A stretch of 64,000 nucleotides of DNA from a virus. Of this stretch, positions 38,059-46,346 are shown in pieces. The position numbers were made by a program, and so were the translations under genes. How positions within the stretch are numbered: the stretch's first letter is position 1; the number at the start of each line of letters is the position of its first letter. The notes below the pieces were generated by a model. It was not told where the DNA came from. It was given only the letters and a program-made list of their open reading frames with translations, and made no database searches. The DNA lies in IMG/VR virus record IMGVR_UViG_3300042516_005631, positions 31,455-95,454 of that record; one strand, written 5' to 3'.

Positions 38059-38775
38059 TTACAACCACTTAATCTCATTAGTGATATTGTCCCATTCAAT
38101 TGTTAATGGTAAATTTGTATACATGTAACGCTCATTTAACACTGCTGCATTTATAAAATGTGTATACCCATTAAAATAATATCCTGCGCTACCATGAATA
38201 TGACCAAATACATGTATTTTTGGTTTGATTTGATCTACTCGATAACGTAACATTTCACAACCAACTCGCAAACTTGAACCACCTGGTATATCTAAGTGCC
38301 CATAAGGTGGGCCATGTGTAATTAATATGTCTGTATTGTCAGGTATAGCATCCCAATGTGCTTTCATTTCATCCCCATTTCGAGGTAAATTGAATGCCCA
38401 ATTGTAAAATTCAGGTTGCCACGGTGAACCGTAAATGCGAATGTTGTCTTCTGTATGTTCTCCGTTTGGTCCATCATAATAATCAACCCAAGATTCATCT
38501 TGTAGATATTCTATTGTTTTATATTCATCTAAAATGAATTTAACCCATTCAGGATCATTTTCAAATAAACGATCGTGATTACCAGCAATGAATATTTTAT
38601 CTGTATAGTTATCTATTTTATCAAACCACTCTAGAAATTGAGTTGCTTCTGTTTGATGATAACCTGAGTTCATAAAATCACCGGCATGAATTAATATATC
38701 TCCACCTGGTAAATCTTTATTTAGTTGGTTATGTTTTCCGTGAGTATCTGATATAAATGTAATTTTCAATTTCAT
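38059..38775 (-). CDS. Metallophosphoesterase (MPPED/calcineurin-like)
   Basis: SDTH, HAGD, GNHD, THGPP and GHIH motifs; class B promoter at 38782. Confidence 0.9.
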   Translation of the reverse strand: MKLKITFISDTHGKHNQLNKDLPGGDILIHAGDFMNSGYHQTEATQFLEWFDKIDNYTDKIFIAGNHDRLFENDPEWVKFILDEYKTIEYLQDESWVDYYDGPNGEHTEDNIRIYGSPWQPEFYNWAFNLPRNGDEMKAHWDAIPDNTDILITHGPPYGHLDIPGGSSLRVGCEMLRYRVDQIKPKIHVFGHIHGSAGYYFNGYTHFINAAVLNERYMYTNLPLTIEWDNITNEIKWL

Positions 38776-38811
38776 ATTTTTAATATACAAAAGAAAAATC
38801 AGATATCCAAA

Positions 38812-40887
38812 TTATCTTATAGTTTTCTTTGATGTACCATCGTTATATATTTCAAACACAACTCCTTTATATCCAGGCCCTACTTCTTGTCCAGCTAAAT
38901 TAATATATTTAACTACTTGTTTATTATTTGAGTTGTCTAGAGCAATTGGGCCATATATTTTAAATTGACCATCAATATCATATTGAACTAGTCTGTAATA
39001 GTGAATTGTAAATTGATTAATTACATCTAAATATGAATAATTAATTTGGGTAGTTGAGTTTACTGCTGATGCTTTTGTTCCAACTACTCTCCATTCAATT
39101 CCATCTGTTGAACGTTCTATATCAAAATAAGATGAATTATGTTCTGAGGCTGTTGCCCATTTTAACATATTGAATGTTGGGTATTTTATTCCATCAAAAT
39201 ATAGAAGTTCAACTGGAAGTGGTTGGGTGGTTGATACTGAAAGTTTAAATGTTCCTGTTGTTCCACCTCCATACTCCCAAACACGAATATAAATTGTTTC
39301 ATTAGCTACAAAATCTGATCGGGTAATATAAGACATTGCCCCATTTGGACTATCATCATCATCGCATTCAATTTCAGTTAACGAGCCAATTGTTCCTCTA
39401 TAAATTGACATTCCAGCATCTGTAATATCACCCGTTTGTGTATCGAATTCTAAAGTATTTACATTAAATGGTGGGACTGTTATTTTGAACCAAACATCCT
39501 CCCCAGCGTATGAAGCACATGATGGTGTAGATTCTGTTGTTGTATTTGTTGAATATAAGTTTGTATATGTTGAATATGTTACGGTACTATTTACAGTTAA
39601 TTGAATAGCATTACTTGGATTATCATTTGAAGGCGGTGATGGTGGGGCAGTACATGTTCTACTTATTGTGAAAGTACCAGTAGTAGTATTACCTGCTGAA
39701 TAGTGAGCAATCCAAACATAATATTGTTGTGAATTTGTTGTGGTAAATATATAACTTTCAGCAACATTTGATATATTATCATCTTTAGAGGCAATAATTG
39801 AAAATGAGCCACATGAATTACCTGTTAAAATAACCATTTCATGATCAAATACTGCTGTAGAAGAAATTGTTGTTTGCTGCCCATCTCCTGTAAATGAATA
39901 CCATACTCCAAAATTGGAAGTTAATGCACTTGCTGGGGGAGTTTCCGATATAGCATTTACTGTTGTACCAGCTAAATTAGATGTTGCACAAGGTAAAGAT
40001 GTTGCTCCTGAACATAAATCGTTTGATGGGGGTATTATTGTTGTAAACGACCAAGTAGAACATCCTGTTGCTAAACCAACCGAATTTCTAGGAACAATTT
40101 TCCAATAATAAGTTACACCAGTAGAAAGTGTAGGTGTATATGAAGTACCAGCTTGATTTGTTGATACTAATGGAGGTGTTGCAGAATTTCCAAAATAAAC
40201 ATCATATCCAGTAGCTCCACTTGCAGCTGCCCAAGATAAAACTTGATTTGTTGCTACATTTGTTGCACCATTTGTAGGTGCTGTTGGAGACGCCACACAT
40301 GAAGGGGCTGTACTTGCTGGAGTATATGTTACTGTAATATTGTCAATTAATGCTGGAGTTGATCCTGCCGAACTATCATTTCTCCAAGTAAATATTATTC
40401 TTCTTGTTGTTCCAGCTACCCCAGTCAATGTGTATGTAGTTGTTGAACATATAGCACTATTTGAAATGGTTCCTAATAGTACTCTATTAGCATTTGCTGT
40501 AATTAAAGTTCCCGCTGTTGGTGCAAAAGTATTTATACAAGACCAAGTTTGTAAATAGTCACAAGTAGAACAAGTAGTTTCTCCAACAATTTTCCTATTA
40601 AAACTTAGTTGTATACTTGTAGCCCCAGCAGGAATTACTACATCAAAATATGCATGAACAACAGAAGTAGATGTGTTTGTGTAAGTGTATGCTGATGAAT
40701 TATTACTTATGTAAAGAGCTGATAAACCATTGCATTGATTTGCTGAGCCACGAAACCATTTATTTGTTTGAGTTCCATTTGTTAAAGTTAATGAATTAGC
40801 TGATTCAAATGTTTCACTGAAAGCAGTGGTTTGGGCATTTAAGGAAATGCCTATCAATAAAAAAATAAATAAAATTAGGTTTCTCAT
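38812..40887 (-). CDS. Secreted multi-domain protein resembling Bacteroidota T9SS cargo
   Basis: Signal peptide MRNLILFIFLLIGISLNA|Q, Fn3-like domain (ATGYDVYFG...TYYWKI), two PSND-type beta domains, PLPVELLYF motif, and a C-terminal YINLAGQEV...KKTIR CTD-like tail. Confidence 0.75.
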   Translation of the reverse strand: MRNLILFIFLLIGISLNAQTTAFSETFESANSLTLTNGTQTNKWFRGSANQCNGLSALYISNNSSAYTYTNTSTSVVHAYFDVVIPAGATSIQLSFNRKIVGETTCSTCDYLQTWSCINTFAPTAGTLITANANRVLLGTISNSAICSTTTYTLTGVAGTTRRIIFTWRNDSSAGSTPALIDNITVTYTPASTAPSCVASPTAPTNGATNVATNQVLSWAAASGATGYDVYFGNSATPPLVSTNQAGTSYTPTLSTGVTYYWKIVPRNSVGLATGCSTWSFTTIIPPSNDLCSGATSLPCATSNLAGTTVNAISETPPASALTSNFGVWYSFTGDGQQTTISSTAVFDHEMVILTGNSCGSFSIIASKDDNISNVAESYIFTTTNSQQYYVWIAHYSAGNTTTGTFTISRTCTAPPSPPSNDNPSNAIQLTVNSTVTYSTYTNLYSTNTTTESTPSCASYAGEDVWFKITVPPFNVNTLEFDTQTGDITDAGMSIYRGTIGSLTEIECDDDDSPNGAMSYITRSDFVANETIYIRVWEYGGGTTGTFKLSVSTTQPLPVELLYFDGIKYPTFNMLKWATASEHNSSYFDIERSTDGIEWRVVGTKASAVNSTTQINYSYLDVINQFTIHYYRLVQYDIDGQFKIYGPIALDNSNNKQVVKYINLAGQEVGPGYKGVVFEIYNDGTSKKTIR

Positions 40888-41023
40888 ATCAAAAAAATTA
40901 ATACTCACTTGAAGAACCTTTGTAAGAAACCCCCATCTTCCATGGGCCGGTTGAGTTTTATTTATAAATATTTTAAATTAATAAAAGCATATACATTTTA
41001 GCAGGGTTAATTACTATTTATCG

Positions 41024-41224
41024 TTATCCTTTGAGTATTTGTTTAGTAAATTCTTTAGCTTTTTCATGTTTATGTATGTTTTCCATTGTTTTGGAAACCA
41101 TGTTTAAGTCATGATTGATTGATTTTATTTCCTTCCCAAAATCAGTTAATTGTTTTTTTATATCCAATACCTTTTCTAGTAAAAGCAAACAAAACGCTAA
41201 AAGTATTCCAATAATAATTTCCAT
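41024..41224 (-). CDS. N-terminal TM plus coiled-coil protein
   Basis: Class B promoter at 41246. Confidence 0.55.
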   Translation of the reverse strand: MEIIIGILLAFCLLLLEKVLDIKKQLTDFGKEIKSINHDLNMVSKTMENIHKHEKAKEFTKQILKG

Positions 41225-41275
41225 ATTTTTAAATTTTATTTCCTTAATATAATATTCCCTCTTTAAATAACCAAG

Positions 41276-41305
41276 AAAAAAGAAACCCTACTTTACAGTA
41301 GGGTT
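41276..41305 (-). terminator. Intrinsic terminator after tRNA-Ala
   Basis: Stem aaccctac/gtagggtt followed by a T-rich tract on the minus strand. Confidence 0.75.
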
Positions 41306-41309
41306 AAAG

Positions 41310-41767
<458 letters not shown>

Positions 41768-41784
<17 letters not shown>

Positions 41785-41963
41785 TGTTTTTTCTGTATTG
41801 AAGGTACCAAACTAAATTTGCTGTAAAACCTCCATACACTGCAATGAATGTAGCTATTTTCAAATACCAATCATCTAGGTAACCATTTGCTAACCAAAAT
41901 GGCCATAAAATACTTGCAACACCCAAAAATATAATTGATAATATGCTAGTTATGTTGTTCATG
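41768..41963 (-). CDS. Two-TM membrane protein
   Basis: Start moved to MNNITS because the track start overlaps tRNA-Ser; late motif at 41967-41974. Start coordinate approximate. Confidence 0.5.
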
Positions 41964-41978
41964 TTTATACATATTAAG

Positions 41979-42065
41979 CGGAAGTGGTAGGATTCGAACC
42001 TACGGAACCCTTTCGAATTCACTGGTTTTCAAGACCAGCCTTTTAAACCGCTCAAGCACACTTCC
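41979..42065 (-). tRNA. tRNA-Ser(UGA)
   Basis: Cloverleaf with long variable arm; CTGGT-CTTGAAA-ACCAG. Confidence 0.95.
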
Positions 42066-42080
42066 GTTTTGTTATACATA

Positions 42081-42527
42081 TTAAACTCTAGTTTTATTTC
42101 TAAAAGTATCTGTTTGACAATGGCAATTTGGACAAAGAAATCTTAAATTACTTTTTCTATGTTCTTTCCCATTTCCGTTAATATGGTCTAAATCTAATGT
42201 AATTGATTTTCCTCTCCATTCATCTAACCCACATTCAGAACATATGTAAGGAATTAAATTATATTTTTTTATATTTGTCAAAATAGCAGCCCTAGCTATG
42301 TTTATTACTTTATCTGAGTTCCAATCTTCTAGATTAAATACTTGGTTGGGATGACCTTTTGGGAATTTAATCGTATTTTTTCCTCCTACATTGGGTCTCC
42401 AACATCCTAACTGTTTAGCTTTTCCCTTTAACCATCTGATGCTTACTCCAAGTTTTAAACTTGCTTCCCCCATGTTTATACTCTCAGTACAAACTTTTAC
42501 TATAATATCATTTTCAATTTTGATCAT
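42081..42527 (-). CDS. HNH (homing) endonuclease with N-terminal HTH-like region
   Basis: CSECG...LDLDHINGNGKEHRKSNLRFLCPNCH. Confidence 0.9.
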   Translation of the reverse strand: MIKIENDIIVKVCTESINMGEASLKLGVSIRWLKGKAKQLGCWRPNVGGKNTIKFPKGHPNQVFNLEDWNSDKVINIARAAILTNIKKYNLIPYICSECGLDEWRGKSITLDLDHINGNGKEHRKSNLRFLCPNCHCQTDTFRNKTRV

Positions 42528-42588
42528 AAAAAGGCTATTTTCATTCGGTTATACATATTACCGTATTCTGCCTTTTCACAAAATCCCA

Positions 42589-42744
42589 CTAAACATTTTT
42601 TAAACTACGAATTGTAGCTTGCAAATGTGTAATTGTATCACTTAAATTTTTTGAAGGAAATTGAGTATATTTTTCCTCTAATTTAGCTAGAACACTCTCT
42701 AGTGATCCAAGTTCCACTTTTATTTTCAATTGTTTTTCTTTCAT
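42589..42744 (-). CDS. 51-aa helical protein
   Basis: Start moved to MKEKQL, immediately after the 3' end of tRNA-Asp. Confidence 0.5.
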   Translation of the reverse strand: MKEKQLKIKVELGSLESVLAKLEEKYTQFPSKNLSDTITHLQATIRSLKNV

Positions 42745-42745
42745 G

Positions 42746-42819
42746 CGGTGCGTACGAGACTCGAACTCGTGACCTTCTATGTGACAGACAGATATTCTAA
42801 CCAACTGAACTAACGCACC
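42746..42819 (-). tRNA. tRNA-Asp(GUC)
   Basis: Cloverleaf; TCTGT-CTGTCAC-ATAGA. Confidence 0.95.
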
Positions 42820-42823
42820 ATTG

Positions 42824-42896
42824 AGCCGATGGAGGGACTCGAACCCACGACCTGCTGATTACAAATCAGCTGCTCTACCAGCTGAGCTACATCGGC
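42824..42896 (-). tRNA. tRNA-Thr(UGU)
   Basis: Cloverleaf; GCTGA-TTTGTAA-TCAGC. Confidence 0.95.
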
Positions 42897-42900
42897 AAAA

Positions 42901-43163
42901 AAAAAACCCTAGAGGTATCTATTGATCAAGTAGACCATCTAGGGGGTGATATTGGTTATATGGTAGTTCGTAAAGGCAACGCGTTTGCACTTACAAAGCA
43001 TCCCAATTTCCCAATACCGATAAGTCCAGTGTAGTGAGCAGATCTTACGAGATGCTGTCTGGATCTGGGCCTATGGCTATCTCACCACAGGGGGGAACAA
43101 AAGACCTACCCTGGTACGCTCGATCGCGGTCACCACAGTCCAGAAGCGTGGTAGGTACTTGTT
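42901..43163 (-). ncRNA. Unrecognised multi-stem RNA of about 260 nt
   Basis: Own late motif at 43165-43172; stems ACCTACC/GGTAGGT, ACGCT/AGCGT, CCTGTGG/CCATAGG, TCCAG/CTGGA, GGTATTGG/CCAATATC and CCCTAGA/TCTAGGG + T10; GC-rich. Confidence 0.65.
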
Positions 43164-43227
43164 TATAAATATTTGAACTTCTAAAACCCACCATAGGGCA
43201 AGGAAACTCCATTCAATGTTTTTTGCG

Positions 43228-43290
43228 TGGTCAAGGGGGGACTCGAACCCCCTGCTGAGTATAGTGCGTTTACCCTTACGCAACATGACC
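43228..43290 (-). ncRNA. 63-nt tRNA-like RNA lacking an anticodon arm
   Basis: Acceptor GGTCATG/CTTGACC+A, D arm GCGT-AAGGGTAA-ACGC, T arm GGGGG-TTCGAGT-CCCCC; only 13 nt between the D and T arms. Confidence 0.75.
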
Positions 43291-43294
43291 ATTG

Positions 43295-43362
43295 TAGTGG
43301 AGATTTGTAACCAACGCATGATCACCCCTACGTTTCGTTTCTTTTGTCTTCGGCACTCCACT
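43295..43362 (-). ncRNA. 68-nt RNA closed by an acceptor-like 7-bp stem
   Basis: AGTGGAG/CTCCACT followed by A-CAA; inner stem ACGTA/TGCGT. Confidence 0.45.
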
Positions 43363-43455
43363 GTTGCAAGTACTCCTTATCTTGCGCCGCCGTTCGTGAA
43401 TCTTCCGAAATTCCAACGACTGTTACTGTTAACTATCGGAGTCAAGTAACTGCTG
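43363..43455 (-). ncRNA. Three-hairpin RNA of about 90 nt with possible loop-loop pairing
   Basis: GTTACT/AGTAAC, GTCGTT/AACGGC and GCAAG/CTTGC stems; ACTCC is complementary to loop GGAGT. Confidence 0.45.
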
Positions 43456-43528
43456 TTGTCCCACAAGGGCTCGAACCTCAACTCTTCTGAATCAAAATCA
43501 GACGTGTTGCCAGTTACACCATAGGACA
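43456..43528 (-). tRNA. tRNA-Gln(UUG)
   Basis: Cloverleaf; TCTGA-TTTTGAT-TCAGA. Confidence 0.95.
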
Positions 43529-43532
43529 ATTT

Positions 43533-43654
43533 GCAGGACATCGCTTAACCTGCGGTGCTGCCAGCATTACACACCTTTGATGTTTCCATCACGCGATTTT
43601 TTTAATCGCAGGACCCGCTCCCTGCTCTGAACGTGTACTTTGTTCTATTAAGCG
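43533..43654 (-). ncRNA. Pseudoknotted RNA of about 120 nt between tRNA-Glu and tRNA-Gln
   Basis: 5' CGCTTAA pairs with TTAAGCG in the loop of the 3' hairpin GCAGG/CCTGC; also TACAC/GTGTA, GCGATT/AATCGC and TGATG-GAAA-CATCA. Confidence 0.6.
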
Positions 43655-43662
43655 TTTTTTTG

Positions 43663-43734
43663 TAGTCCCACGGGGAATCGAACCCCGCTTTCTAGGATGA
43701 AAACCTAACGTCCTAACCGATAGACGATGGGACC
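43663..43734 (-). tRNA. tRNA-Glu(UUC)
   Basis: Cloverleaf; TTAGG-TTTTCAT-CCTAG. Confidence 0.95.
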
Positions 43735-43859
43735 AAATTTTATTTTCTTTTACCTTTTCTGATTGCCTCTGCTTTTACAAACGACAACCAACCTTGTAAT
43801 GTCTCCAATCTTTGTTTTGCGCTAATTTTACTCATGTTTTTATTTTAAATATATAAATT

Positions 43860-44306
43860 TTACTTTACTAATCCAAGTTCTTTTTCTACTTCCCGAATAT
43901 GCTTACACTTTCTATCTTTTGCTCTCCAAAATCCCATACAATTGCAACTTAATTTACCCATATTCTCTCTTACTGTATATGAACCCTCTGAACTAGCTGA
44001 ATCAAATTTCCACGTATGTTTTTCTCTTGGTTTCTTTTCCTCTACTACTGTTGGGTTCAAATCAATTTCAACAATATCATCCAATGTTGTTTTTGGATGG
44101 CATGGTATGCCCGCTGGCATAATCATGGTTTTATCTGAGTATCTAACTATGGCTATGCATAAGTATGGATGTTTTTCTATTTGATATTTGAATGGTTGGC
44201 AGCTTGCGTGTTTGATGTTTTTAGTTTTGAGGGAAGTTTCACTGTTATGAACTACTTTCTCTACTTGCAACCCATCCTCGTATTCAATAAACATTTTACT
44301 TAACAT
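43860..44306 (-). CDS. SWIM zinc-finger protein
   Basis: YTV...SCNCMGF.....CKHI. Confidence 0.8.
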   Translation of the reverse strand: MLSKMFIEYEDGLQVEKVVHNSETSLKTKNIKHASCQPFKYQIEKHPYLCIAIVRYSDKTMIMPAGIPCHPKTTLDDIVEIDLNPTVVEEKKPREKHTWKFDSASSEGSYTVRENMGKLSCNCMGFWRAKDRKCKHIREVEKELGLVK

Positions 44307-44358
44307 AACCTTTCTTTCTTTTAAATTTAATATACGAAAGAAAGATCAAGTAGCCAAA

Positions 44359-44712
44359 TTATTTTTTAGATCTCTTTTTACTTTCTTTTACATCTTCAAG
44401 TATATCTTTTGTTTTCAAAAACTTAATTGCTTTTACAATCTCAGCACATCCTTCATACAATTCGTTTTCCTCGTATATAGGTAAATTACTTTCTAAAGTA
44501 GATACAAAATCTTGTCTATCTACTGTTACATCATATATTGTTTCTTCAGTTTCAACTAAAACTGAAAGTGCATGGATGTATCTTTTTCTTCCTGTTAGGT
44601 TTTTTAAGATGGTTTCAACCAATGCTTTTGAAATTCTTAGATCACGTTTAGCAATCATTTTTTCAAATTCCTCACTATCAAATACACTAATTTCTATTGC
44701 CATGTCTCTCAT
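44359..44712 (-). CDS. Hypothetical protein with UVR-like motif
   Basis: LPIYEENELYEGCAEIVKAI. Confidence 0.55.
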   Translation of the reverse strand: MRDMAIEISVFDSEEFEKMIAKRDLRISKALVETILKNLTGRKRYIHALSVLVETEETIYDVTVDRQDFVSTLESNLPIYEENELYEGCAEIVKAIKFLKTKDILEDVKESKKRSKK

Positions 44713-44884
44713 ATTTAAAATAAATCTAAAAATCCAGGATTAATTTCCTTCCCCTTTAATTTACTAAACTTCTCATCAGTTTCTAGCATTTTATTAGCTA
44801 ATTTTTCTAGATGAAGTTGTTTTTGTTTATCAAAATCCTTCTCAATTTTTTTATGTTTTTTGCTCTTCATTTCACTGATAAATA

Positions 44885-45532
44885 TTACTTTTTTCTTGAA
44901 ACTAGATCGTACGGGTCATCACTTACTTTAACATCAAAGTTACCAAGTTCCTCTAAACGTTTTCTAGTATACTCGTCTACTTGAAAATCAATTGCATCTG
45001 TTGTTTTGTAAACGGTATGTCCTTCAATTGCCTCTATATCTTTGTCTGTGAATACGCTTCCAATTTGCAAAAAATAGCAATTATAGCAACTTAATTGAGC
45101 ATTTCCGTTTGTAAAATCATATTTTTTACTATTTAAAAATGTTAAGAGTAACGGTGTTTTACCGTCAACTTGTCGTCTTTCACCAAACCCGCAATAATAA
45201 CATTGTTCCAACATATAACCCGCCTCAATTAATTTGAATTTAAGTTTTTCAGCATTAAAGGAAGAAGCATCTACTTTACCATTTACAATTTCCTCAATCG
45301 GGGCTATTTTATCTAAATGGTCACTGGTGATAAATTTTGGAATACCTTTTCCACTTTGGTTTTTATGTAAATCAAATAAAGATAAGCCGGTTTCCTCGTC
45401 TTTATATGCCTTCATAAAAGGTTTTAAGTGCTGGTAAGAACAATGTAAATAACGAGCAGCAGCTCTAACTGAGCGAGTGTGTTTCATTGCTGCTATGCAT
45501 TGTTCTTTTGATATAGGTTTTGGTTGAGCCAT
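44885..45532 (-). CDS. HTH plus degenerate, probably inactive HNH/Zn-finger protein
   Basis: SVRAAARYLHCSY HTH; CYYCG...PLLLTFLNS...NAQLSCYNC keeps the Cys residues but lacks the catalytic His. Confidence 0.65.
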   Translation of the reverse strand: MAQPKPISKEQCIAAMKHTRSVRAAARYLHCSYQHLKPFMKAYKDEETGLSLFDLHKNQSGKGIPKFITSDHLDKIAPIEEIVNGKVDASSFNAEKLKFKLIEAGYMLEQCYYCGFGERRQVDGKTPLLLTFLNSKKYDFTNGNAQLSCYNCYFLQIGSVFTDKDIEAIEGHTVYKTTDAIDFQVDEYTRKRLEELGNFDVKVSDDPYDLVSRKK

Positions 45533-45533
45533 A

Positions 45534-45842
45534 TTACATATCCTCTAATCCATCCAACAATGTATTGTCCCATAATTTCATATCCTCGTCTGAATCATCA
45601 TTTAATTCTATTTTATCAAATGATGTAAATTTGGGTTGTTTGGTTCTTTCTATTCTATCGGCATCACTTGCCTCAACTATAATCATATCGTTCCATGTAT
45701 GGTCTTTTTCTCCAAATACCATTGACATTCCTTTTTTTGCTCCAACTGTAGAGCAATCAACACATGTTTTTGTATTTGGTAATGCTTTTACTCTTAGTGG
45801 GTTGATTTCTTGTTTGCAATATACACAGTTTCTACTTTCCAT
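45534..45842 (-). CDS. DksA/TraR-type C4 zinc-finger protein
   Basis: CVYCKQEINPLRVKALPNTKTCVDC. Confidence 0.8.
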   Translation of the reverse strand: MESRNCVYCKQEINPLRVKALPNTKTCVDCSTVGAKKGMSMVFGEKDHTWNDMIIVEASDADRIERTKQPKFTSFDKIELNDDSDEDMKLWDNTLLDGLEDM

Positions 45843-46236
45843 CGTATCGTTTTAAAAATTTATATAATTGTTGAGGTGTTCTGATTATATGTCTTTGATT
45901 TTGCTCATCTAAAAGTGGATAAACTCCACCTTCAGGATCAATACTATCAAACACCCACCATAAAATAATTTCGGTTTTAATTTCACCAAAATGTTTTTCC
46001 ATCATCATTCTAATTGAGCGTACATAAGGGTTATCATATTTTGAAATGTAAACTCCAACTGTACCTAAAACAGCGCTTACGGCCTCAATTTGACACATGT
46101 TTTCTAAAAGTTCCATAAAAAACTTTTCCTCTTCTTTTTTGGTTGATTTTACACTTTTAGCCACACCAATTCCTTTACCTAAAATCTCTGATATGTTTTT
46201 AAATTTTGGCTCTTTCATTTTGGTTAGTTTTAACAT
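45832..46236 (-). CDS. Hypothetical protein
   Basis: 134-aa ORF; the start is probably MKEPKF. Confidence 0.55.
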   Translation of the reverse strand: MLKLTKMKEPKFKNISEILGKGIGVAKSVKSTKKEEEKFFMELLENMCQIEAVSAVLGTVGVYISKYDNPYVRSIRMMMEKHFGEIKTEIILWWVFDSIDPEGGVYPLLDEQNQRHIIRTPQQLYKFLKRYDGK

Positions 46237-46346
46237 TAAATACTTGTAAAAAAGTATCTAGATCCATTTGTTTTACATTTGCTGCTTTTTTAATAGCATC
46301 TGTAATATTTGTTGCCTCTATTTTACCTTGTGCCTCTTGAGATGAA

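Noticed and set aside
43077-43449. ORFs 43077-43361 (-) and 43216-43449 (+)
   Set aside because: They overlap the tRNA-like and structured RNAs and have atypical composition.
42901-43455. tmRNA, RNase P or Y RNA
   Set aside because: No G3:U70 acceptor or tag ORF, no GAGGAAAGUCC P4 partner (only a CTGGACTTATC look-alike), and no GGUCCGA Ro-binding stem.
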